A DNA stretch of 44,601 bases from an uncultured Fibrobacterota bacterium (GTDB taxonomy: Bacteria; Fibrobacterota; Chitinivibrionia; Chitinivibrionales; FEN-1185). The DNA lies in assembly GCA_963729895.1 (NCBI GenBank), contig CAVSQB010000037.1, positions 1-44,601 of the forward strand, read 5' to 3'. The notes under the pieces were generated by a model that saw only the letters and a list, made by a program, of their open reading frames with translations, did no database searches and was not told where the DNA came from. Positions 19,786-27,177 of the stretch are shown here, one piece after another (the stretch's first letter is position 1; the number at the start of each line of letters is the position of its first letter). A program made the translations under genes and the position numbers.

Positions 19786-20613
19786 ATGGAAGCGATTTTC
19801 GCGCTGTGGTACAGGGACATTCTGCGGTTCGTGCGCAACCGGGGCCGCCTCTTCGGATCGTTTGCCATGCCGTTCATGTTTCTTGTGCTGTTCGGAAGCG
19901 GTATGGGCGGCGCGATACGATCGCTCATGGGCGGCGCGCGCATGGCCGGGCCCCTCTCCCATTTCAATTTCGTGGAATTCATGTTCCCCGGCATCATCGG
20001 CATGACCGTGTTCACCACATCGCTGTTTTCGGCACTTTCCGTCGTGCAGGACCGCGAGTTCGGCTACCTCAAGGAGATCCTGGTGTCGCCAGTGTCGCGT
20101 GTGTCAATAGCGATCGGAAAGATCCTGGGCGGGTCCACGGTGGCCGTCATCCAGGGCCTGCTCATGCTTGTGTTCGCCCCGTTTGTGGGAGCACGGCTTT
20201 CCCCGGCGGTTATTGCGCAGCTTATCCCGGCGATGTTTCTGGTTGCATTCACGCTTTCGTCGCTGGGACTGATCATTGCGACCCTGCTTAAGACCGCCGA
20301 AGGGTTCCAGGTTGTTGTCCAGGTGCTCATTTTCCCGATGTTGTTCCTGTCGGGCGTGTTCTTTCCGCTTACCGGCATGCCGTTGTGGCTTGGCATTCTC
20401 GTGAAGTTGAACCCTTTGACGTACGCGGTCGATCTGTTGAAGAAAATCGTGCTGCAAAGCGCCACCATGGATCCGGTGCTGCAGAAAGCCATGGGCCTCA
20501 ATCTTTCGGTGCTCGGCCGTCCCGTTACCGCGGTTCACGAGGCCGCCTTCATCGCGCTCGCCGGGCTTGTCCTGGTGGTGCTCGCCGCGTTCAGTTTCAG
20601 CCGCAGCGACTGA
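19786..20613 (+). CDS. ABC-2 type permease (DrrB-like)
   Basis: Multiple hydrophobic segments, DREFG.LKE, FLSG.FFP, NPLTY. Confidence 0.92.
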   Translation: MEAIFALWYRDILRFVRNRGRLFGSFAMPFMFLVLFGSGMGGAIRSLMGGARMAGPLSHFNFVEFMFPGIIGMTVFTTSLFSALSVVQDREFGYLKEILVSPVSRVSIAIGKILGGSTVAVIQGLLMLVFAPFVGARLSPAVIAQLIPAMFLVAFTLSSLGLIIATLLKTAEGFQVVVQVLIFPMLFLSGVFFPLTGMPLWLGILVKLNPLTYAVDLLKKIVLQSATMDPVLQKAMGLNLSVLGRPVTAVHEAAFIALAGLVLVVLAAFSFSRSD

Positions 20614-20626
20614 CTATTAAAGCGGT

Positions 20627-20772
20627 AATGGTTTGTCGCATGAGGTCATTCCGCCACAGTTTGTAAGACTATATATTTAATGAGGTTCAGGTGTTTTTGG
20701 TTGTAAAAACGGTTTGGCGCAAAAATGCCTGAAGTACCAGAAAATGACCAAATAACGGAATGGTTTGTCGCA
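20627..20772 (+). repeat. Left-end putative transposase-binding sites (3 copies)
   Basis: AATGGTTTGTCGCA (20627-20640), AACGGTTTGGCGCA (20708-20721), AATGGTTTGTCGCA (20759-20772). Confidence 0.8.
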
Positions 20773-20838
20773 CTTTTTGCCGGAAATTACCGGCTTTTGA
20801 ACGATTCTTTAAGGCCGCTTCAATGAGGGGTGAACGCT

Positions 20839-21642
20839 TTATAATATAGAAACGGACGCGGAGGAGCGCGGGCGATCCAGCCGGCGAGCACTAACGGTAT
20901 CGTTCATCCGCTTCAATGCCTCCTCTACAGACGCCCTTGGAATAAACCAAACGATCTTGACATATTTATGCGCAACAAAATCCTTAAAAGCACCCTTCAT
21001 TTTCCCCCTCTGACAAAGATACCTCACACACTCTTTACTGACCTTTAGAGTGGTAGCCGTCTCATACACCGACAGAAAGGGAGAGTGGTTGCCAAATGAA
21101 AAGGCGTTGTGATAATTACGGGCAAGGGAGAGAATATTGCCGTTTGATTTGCGCCATAAAATACGATGATGAAGGACTGTCCCATAGGCAAGTCCGCTGA
21201 TTTTACAAAAATTTTCCAACTCACGGCATGAGAGATCACGAGCGCGAAGCAATATCGGAACCCAACGGTCAACGTCTTTTCGCTGAGAGGGATTTAATGT
21301 ATTGTAAACACGATTATTCTGAAATTCTAACAAATTACTGTCACGAAACGATTGATTTCCTGCTCTTTGGAAATACTCCTCCTGACCGGGAACAAAGAAA
21401 TCTGTCACATGTATCCGGCATTTGCCGCGCTTTCCTGGAACGCGCTCCACAGGAAGAAACCCGCGACGCATCAAATCAGCCACAGTCTCCCGCTTAAGAA
21501 GGGTGAGCGCCGAGAACAAAGCTGGAGACACCCATAACTTGTTCTTTTCTTCTTCCATACCAGACACCTTTCTGCGTTCACGGTACCGGAGCGGCTGCCG
21601 TGAACAAACCTTCTTATCGTTTTTGCTGCTTGTGAAGAACAT
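20839..21642 (-). CDS. DNA-binding protein: MuA N-terminal-like domains plus C-terminal HTH_17/excisionase-like domain, no DDE core
   Basis: ATG at 21642 after GAGAGGAA; PVERVPGKRG and RVYNTL..DRWVPIL resemble the element's own transposase N-terminus; C-terminal FLSVYETATTLKVS..VRYLCQRG..WFIP. Confidence 0.6.
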   Translation of the reverse strand: MFFTSSKNDKKVCSRQPLRYRERRKVSGMEEEKNKLWVSPALFSALTLLKRETVADLMRRGFLPVERVPGKRGKCRIHVTDFFVPGQEEYFQRAGNQSFRDSNLLEFQNNRVYNTLNPSQRKDVDRWVPILLRARDLSCRELENFCKISGLAYGTVLHHRILWRKSNGNILSLARNYHNAFSFGNHSPFLSVYETATTLKVSKECVRYLCQRGKMKGAFKDFVAHKYVKIVWFIPRASVEEALKRMNDTVSARRLDRPRSSASVSIL

Positions 21643-21712
21643 TTCCTCTCGAATTGAAGCAGCGCCGGGAAGGCCCGGCGCTGTAGAAAACAGTGTCCAG
21701 TTGCGCGCGAAA

Positions 21713-22393
21713 CTACTGCGCGCCTGCCGGCACCTTTGACCCAAACGGGTGAAGCCATCTCTCTGTCGCGTATTGAAACTTCTCCGCACTCCAAAAATAC
21801 AACTCCTCGTTTTCTTTGTGCCCAGAGCACGTTTCGTCGCGGTAGATTCCTCCCTGCACAAACCTTGGAATCATTTGCAACGCGCCAGTCTCCGCAACGC
21901 ATTCTGCAAACGAATATGGCCGCGACATCCCCATTGAAATACGCTTCTTAATCAACCGTTCCACGATCCCCCCGAGAATTGCGGCCTGCTCGTTGTATTT
22001 ATCCATGATAGCAAACATCTGCAAGGTCGCCAGCTCGTCGTTTTTCTCCTTGACGTAGGGAGCGACCTTTTCCATCTCCTCTGTCTTTTCAATCAGGAGA
22101 GCGTTCATTCCCGCCGCCTTATCTCCGGCCGCGTCAAGTTCGCGCTGGAGCTTCTCAACCTGTTTCTCGACTGTAGCGGTGTTTTCCCCGAGGGCCGTGA
22201 GGCGCTGGCGCTCGCGCTTTGAACTTTCAAGAGCCGTTGTCAACTCGGAAACCTTTGCCTCGACGCCGGGCAGCTCATTTTTCAGCCTGCCAATTTCCTG
22301 CGCAAGCTTCTGCGCTTTGCTCTCTGCGGCCTTGACCTCCTCGGCGAACTTGGCGGCCGAGGCCATTGTGTCCCTGAACTTTAATTCTTTCAT
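21713..22393 (-). CDS. Coiled-coil protein of unknown function
   Basis: 226 aa; roughly the first 150 residues are E/K/A/L-rich with heptad character; RBS AGGAAAGGAAG. Confidence 0.75.
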   Translation of the reverse strand: MKELKFRDTMASAAKFAEEVKAAESKAQKLAQEIGRLKNELPGVEAKVSELTTALESSKRERQRLTALGENTATVEKQVEKLQRELDAAGDKAAGMNALLIEKTEEMEKVAPYVKEKNDELATLQMFAIMDKYNEQAAILGGIVERLIKKRISMGMSRPYSFAECVAETGALQMIPRFVQGGIYRDETCSGHKENEELYFWSAEKFQYATERWLHPFGSKVPAGAQ

Positions 22394-22445
22394 AGACAGC
22401 TTCCTTTCCTTTGTGGAATGTTTTAAAGCCTTCCATTCGGCGTTA

Positions 22446-22814
22446 TTATGACACCTCAGTCACAGACGGAATACCTGAGAGTAGTCTCTCCAGCGCAGCC
22501 TTTTCGGCGTCGTTCGCGGGGGAGTAAAAGGGGCCTTCCGAGAACTTGATTCCCGCCGCACGTCGATTTCCTTCAACCAGGGCGTCCCCGGTTTTTTTGT
22601 CCCCCGTCGACCTGACAAGGGCTCTCATTTTCTCAATGTCCCATTCTCCCGCGTCGTTAAGTTTTTTGATTCCTGCGAGGAGGGCCGGACCGTTGTTGTA
22701 TAGATGTAATACCTCGAAGAGGAGCTTTTGGAACTGGTCACTATCAACTTGGGTCCATGACGGCCCTTTAACGACTTCCTTGCTCTTTTGTGCGTTTCTG
22801 CGCTCATTGTTCAT
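22446..22814 (-). CDS. Hypothetical protein
   Basis: 122 aa; start overlaps the stop of the Mor-like gene (ATGA); GGAG RBS. Confidence 0.7.
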   Translation of the reverse strand: MNNERRNAQKSKEVVKGPSWTQVDSDQFQKLLFEVLHLYNNGPALLAGIKKLNDAGEWDIEKMRALVRSTGDKKTGDALVEGNRRAAGIKFSEGPFYSPANDAEKAALERLLSGIPSVTEVS

Positions 22815-23170
22815 TGGTGCTTTTCTCCATCTTTAAAAGGTGTTTGACGAGGCGGTACCGCGCCTTTATTCTTGCGCCGCGCGTCCTCATGCTCCACGAT
22901 TTCATAGACATGACGTAGCGAAACATTACAGGCGCGGGCAAGGGCTTTCGCGTTTGAACCGTTAAACCTGTCAACGATAAACCTCTCTGCGACCTTGTAC
23001 GTTGCTCGCTTCGGGACAATTATGTTCATGCCCGCGCATTGTTTCACAAGAGCAACGGCGACATCGTTTCCGCATGAAGCCGAAACGTCCGCAAGATCGT
23101 TGTTCGGCATTTCGGCGGCCGTCATTCCGGCGACCGCCGTCTCGAATTCCGCTTTCAGGTTGTCGCTCAC
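22811..23170 (-). CDS. Mor-family transcription activator
   Basis: G...A..LV....G..I.VPK....I...FNGSN...LAR..NVS.RHVY.IV pattern typical of Mu Mor/C; GTG start after AAAGGGGAC. Confidence 0.85.
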   Translation of the reverse strand: MSDNLKAEFETAVAGMTAAEMPNNDLADVSASCGNDVAVALVKQCAGMNIIVPKRATYKVAERFIVDRFNGSNAKALARACNVSLRHVYEIVEHEDARRKNKGAVPPRQTPFKDGEKHQ

Positions 23171-23228
23171 GTCCCCTTTTCCCTTTCGTTGAGCAAAAGC
23201 CCTCAAAGTGGAGGGCCTGTTTTCGTCA

Positions 23229-24341
23229 TCAAACCTCTGTAACCGTAATGTCGCTTTCATCCGCCCAAAAATGCCGGTAAGTCGGCGGATTCCCCGCAGG
23301 ATCGCAGGTGACAATTCCTACCGGAGAGGTGCAATCGCCACCAAGGAGCCCGTTGTTAAATGAAATTTGTGCGAACTGCGTCGGGTCCAGCACAACGCCA
23401 ATTCCAAGACTCTGGATGTAGGCGCAGACGGCGGCCGAGAAGGCGTCCTCTGTTGCCTGTAGTGTCCCGGCGGGAACGGTAAGCGATATGGGTTCAATCA
23501 ACTTTGCCGCTGCGCTGACCGAAAGATCGTACCCCATTATTTGACAAAGGCTCTCCGCGTCGGAAGAGACCGCAGCAATGAGCGCCGCGCTCGGTTCGTT
23601 TTCCATCCAGCTGCAAGGGCTGTCCGAAGTGATGGCAACGTCTATCGTTCCCAGGCCACGCGGATTGGCCGCGCAGAAGACAAGGTTCACGTGCTCAACA
23701 TAGGAGGTCAGATTCCATTCGCGCCACGTTACGTTATTGTCAATCACTGAACTGCCGGGTTCAACCGTCCACGCCGGGGCAAGGGCGCCCGAAGTTCCTC
23801 CTACGGTGCAAATATACAAATGCCCGTTGGAAGTGGAAGGGGACATTGACGGAGAGGCGTAAATTGGAACCAGAACGTTGCACAGGAGACCTGCTGAATT
23901 CCGCGTGTAGCCATTGCTGTAGCCAATGATTGCCTTGTTACCGCCTGGGATAAGGGGCATGCAGACTTGTCCCGCGACGCAAACGGTCTGCGGCTGCCAT
24001 GCTTGCCAATTCGAAACGCTCACCGCATTTGCCCATCTCTTGAAGTCCTGTGTGATATCGCGCGGGCTTCGAAGAATGGATAGAAAACGGTTGAAGAAGT
24101 CGCTTGCAGATTCTCCTGGTGCAGGAGCGATTCCGAATCGCGCAGCGTAGCTGGCGAGCCCTTGTCCTGCGCTTCCAATGTCCGACACGTATTGTTGCAT
24201 GTTGTAAAGCCCGAAAAGGGCCAATTCCTGACTTGCAATGGCTTGGTATTGAGGCGATCCCGGCGCAACACTGATGCTCGGATGCACACTCGAATAGTCC
24301 GCGCAAGCGCTCGCGACCAGTGCGTTGAGGGTCAAAGCCAT
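23229..24341 (-). CDS. Baseplate J (Mu gp47)-like protein, remodelled
   Basis: PGS..GLY..L..YA..FG, GES....RFL..LRSP....DFKRWA..V, RGLGTIDV.I...PS..LI.AV; ATG at 24341 after GGAGAG. Confidence 0.7.
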   Translation of the reverse strand: MALTLNALVASACADYSSVHPSISVAPGSPQYQAIASQELALFGLYNMQQYVSDIGSAGQGLASYAARFGIAPAPGESASDFFNRFLSILRSPRDITQDFKRWANAVSVSNWQAWQPQTVCVAGQVCMPLIPGGNKAIIGYSNGYTRNSAGLLCNVLVPIYASPSMSPSTSNGHLYICTVGGTSGALAPAWTVEPGSSVIDNNVTWREWNLTSYVEHVNLVFCAANPRGLGTIDVAITSDSPCSWMENEPSAALIAAVSSDAESLCQIMGYDLSVSAAAKLIEPISLTVPAGTLQATEDAFSAAVCAYIQSLGIGVVLDPTQFAQISFNNGLLGGDCTSPVGIVTCDPAGNPPTYRHFWADESDITVTEV

Positions 24342-24420
24342 GTTCTCTCCTTCGCCCAGTATTAGGCTCGTCTGTCTGTTGTCGTGCGCACGGTCATTGC
24401 ACGAAGCTCCCGCGCCCGCG

Positions 24421-24555
24421 TCACCACTGTTCAAAAAGCGCCTCTGCCGCGAAGTCCTTTTTCACTTCGGCAAGCACCGCCGCCGTGTGACAAATTACCG
24501 CCTCCAGAATCGGGCAGTCCGGCCCAAATGGGTTTTTCTTGATTTCAGTGTCCAT
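24421..24555 (-). CDS. Small hypothetical protein (44 aa), below the ORF-track cutoff
   Basis: GGAG RBS then MDTEIKKNPFGPDCPILEAVICHTAAVLAEVKKDFAAEALFEQW*; co-oriented with the operon. Confidence 0.4.
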   Translation of the reverse strand: MDTEIKKNPFGPDCPILEAVICHTAAVLAEVKKDFAAEALFEQW

Positions 24556-24909
24556 CGTCTCCGCCTTTCCGTTTGCGGCCCGCAGGCCGGTTGATTTCAT
24601 CCAAACAGGTGCCCAAAACGGCCCCTTTTTCGCTACTTTCTTTCAAAACCCGGCTTTTGCCGGTCACCCGACCCTTCCAGCTCGTTCAAACCCCGTTTAA
24701 TCGCGTTCAATTTCAACGATCTCAAATTTTGCGCCCCTTTGCTCGCCGGAGGTCGAGATCGTCGATTCTAAGGCCGTTTACCGCGTTCCAGTGCCGGTCG
24801 ATTTTGAAGGAATCGGCCGCTGTCCGGATTCGCGGACCTGTTTTTCTCAAAAAGGGCTGACTTTTAAACATTATTGAAGATTCCTTAAATCAAGCGTTAT
24901 ACCGACCGT

Positions 24910-25164
24910 TCAATCGAGATTGCCGGACGCGGTCCTCGTCAAACTTACCCTTACGCCGTCCATCTTCGGCTTCATCGCCTTGTCCACCGAAAGCAAGAAG
25001 CGCTGCCACTGATAATGGAGACCATTTCCGACCGTATGGTCATGGTCGTTACACAGGTCCACTGCACTATCTATGCATGCGTCCATAATGTAGAAATCCG
25101 CAAGGAGTTCGTCTATATCGGCAATCGTGTCCGGGTCTCTGTGCGCTGTTTTTCCTTTACTCAT
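24910..25164 (-). CDS. Hypothetical protein (84 aa)
   Basis: GAGGGGG RBS before MSKGKTAHRD. Confidence 0.6.
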   Translation of the reverse strand: MSKGKTAHRDPDTIADIDELLADFYIMDACIDSAVDLCNDHDHTVGNGLHYQWQRFLLSVDKAMKPKMDGVRVSLTRTASGNLD

Positions 25165-25224
25165 GATATTCCCCCTCTGAAAAAGTGACTCGATAACAGT
25201 GCTTCCGCCGCCGTGAGACAATTC

Positions 25225-25512
25225 CTACACTCCCACGCAAAACAGGCTTATCCCCGGATCAGCGTCGAGAGCGGCCGAGGCCATCTTGTGAAGCGTCGAA
25301 CCGTTGCCATAGAAGACCGCCGAGTCCGTCGCCCCGAAGACCTGGTGCGTATTGCCGCGTGCCACTTCGCCGCCTTCTCCCATCTGCGCCGCCACAATCA
25401 CGGAGCGCTCGTTAAGCGCTCCCGAGTCGTACGCGTCCCGCACGGCCGCGGCCAGGGCGTCGAGGATAACCTGATTTCCCGTCTTCGGTTTGATTCCCTT
25501 ATCCTTTGTCAT
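25225..25512 (-). CDS. Hypothetical protein (95 aa)
   Basis: GGGGAAG RBS; co-oriented with the early operon. Confidence 0.6.
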   Translation of the reverse strand: MTKDKGIKPKTGNQVILDALAAAVRDAYDSGALNERSVIVAAQMGEGGEVARGNTHQVFGATDSAVFYGNGSTLHKMASAALDADPGISLFCVGV

Positions 25513-25544
25513 GCTTCCCCGTCCATGCTAAATGTGAAAGTCGG

Positions 25545-25781
25545 TCAACGGTACGCCGCCGTTGTTTCGCCTTTTTCAACCAAGTTCCATCTGGCGCGAG
25601 CCTCCTTCTTACTGATCTTTCCCGCAAGCACCAGCCGCACAATGTGCATCATAGCACAGACGCGGCGAACAGGCAACGAATAGCCAGCTCCCATTATGGC
25701 CCTTCCAACCGTTCGATAGAGGCACGATCTCTCTCTCGCCTTTTCACGCTTTGCCTTTTCGAGTTCCTTCACTTTTGACAT
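25545..25781 (-). CDS. Small basic hypothetical protein (78 aa)
   Basis: GGAGGGGG RBS before MSKVKELEKA; the upstream part of the 220-aa ORF overlaps structured DNA and is probably non-coding. Confidence 0.6.
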   Translation of the reverse strand: MSKVKELEKAKREKARERSCLYRTVGRAIMGAGYSLPVRRVCAMMHIVRLVLAGKISKKEARARWNLVEKGETTAAYR

Positions 25782-25864
25782 TTCCCCCTCCAATTTGTTA
25801 AGGTTTAAGAAACAGGCAAGGGACTCGCCAACGAGCAATCTCTTGCCGCCGAAGCGTACTCTCT

Positions 25865-26165
25865 GCACCCGCTCCGGAGTCCCCCGCCGTGATCGTTCGA
25901 TAAAAAACCGCCCCGACACGAGGGCGCAGAAGCACCTCATGGATTTTGGTGTCGGGTCCTTTCGGAACCCGAAAACGCCTTGCGCCGGAGCGGGTACAAG
26001 GCCGCGAACGGCTAATACGCGGCCGATTCCCGGACGCGGGGGCCAAATCCCGGCCGGAAAATTGACAGATGGACGCGAGAAGGGCCAACAGCCCCGACGT
26101 GGGGGCCTCCGTGAACGCGGCCCTTCCCGCACTTGATAAAAGGCAGCGCGCGGAAGGCCGAAAGG
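25865..26165 (-). ncRNA. Candidate structured regulatory RNA or attenuator (C4/CI-like logic)
   Basis: GAAA-tetraloop hairpin (25953-25971), competing stem CCCGACAC/GTGTCGGG followed by a T6 run, long-range 13-bp stem 25865-25877/25985-25997. Confidence 0.4.
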
Positions 26166-26264
26166 AGGTTCCATCTTTCGCCTCCGCGCCCGCCGAGGGC
26201 CGGGCAAATGACCGCCGGCCGTCGATTTGAAAAAGGTTCATAGGTAAATTCGCATGCATAAAAA

Positions 26265-27167
26265 TCAGTCAAGCAGCATCTTGGCCGCGTTTTCCACAAC
26301 TGCTCTGGTTACCTCGCAGTGGTTGATTTCGGCGATTCGAAGCGATCTCTTTATTAGAAAATCAAGCCGTCGGGCATTTCCCCGCGCATTTTCTTTGAAA
26401 CAACGCCATAGGCCGTCGCTCGTTGGGAGCGCCGCCTTGACAAAGGTTTCAAAATCCTCGTCGGCGAGACCCTTGATTTCGGCCACGCATGAAATGCGAC
26501 TCAAAAGTTGCTCATATTCACCGTGACCACGGCTACGGATTGTTGAAATGACGCGCGGCAAACCGCACAACACAACGCCGATTTTGCAGATATCGTGGTA
26601 TCTTCGAAGAACCTCGATGGCGCGAAATTCTAATAAGTCAACCTCGTCCACCACGATGGTCAGGTGGTCTTCCTTCAATGCGTCCTTCACCCGTTCGTTC
26701 ATGCTGGCCATGTTGGCCGTTCCGGCAGTTTCGTGGAGAAGTTTTGCAAAGATTTGCCGGACCAGAACGTGAGGTGACCAGCCGATCTCGGCTTGAAGAA
26801 GCACGACGTTCCGATCTCTTTTTCCTCGCTCAAGCAAACAGCATGTTTTTCCTAAACCAGAGGAGCCAACGGCGAGCACGATTTCCTTAAATTTCTGTGC
26901 GATGTCTATGATGCTATTTAATGTCCGGGAGGGTGCCGTCTCGAAAAATCGAAAATCATTTGCGTTTGTTCCCTCCCCAAGTTCATCCAGGAAGGCCTCC
27001 ATCTTTTCGAGGTATCGCGCGCCGTTCGGCATTCGAAAGCCGCCGAGAAACCGTTTAACCTCGCCCTCTGTTGTATCAAGTTTGTCGGCTATTTCTGCTA
27101 TCGTAAAGCGCCCCGTCTCCATTAACTTATTCGCCTTTTGGGTCACAGCAGCCTTGTCCGAAAACAT
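26265..27167 (-). CDS. MuB-like AAA+ transposition ATPase
   Basis: N-terminal HTH, Walker A GSSGLGKT, Walker B IVVDEVD, GVVLCG.P, EQLLSRI, GNARRL; ATG at 27167 after AAGGGGG. Confidence 0.88.
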   Translation of the reverse strand: MFSDKAAVTQKANKLMETGRFTIAEIADKLDTTEGEVKRFLGGFRMPNGARYLEKMEAFLDELGEGTNANDFRFFETAPSRTLNSIIDIAQKFKEIVLAVGSSGLGKTCCLLERGKRDRNVVLLQAEIGWSPHVLVRQIFAKLLHETAGTANMASMNERVKDALKEDHLTIVVDEVDLLEFRAIEVLRRYHDICKIGVVLCGLPRVISTIRSRGHGEYEQLLSRISCVAEIKGLADEDFETFVKAALPTSDGLWRCFKENARGNARRLDFLIKRSLRIAEINHCEVTRAVVENAAKMLLD

Positions 27168-27177
27168 GTTTTCCCCC

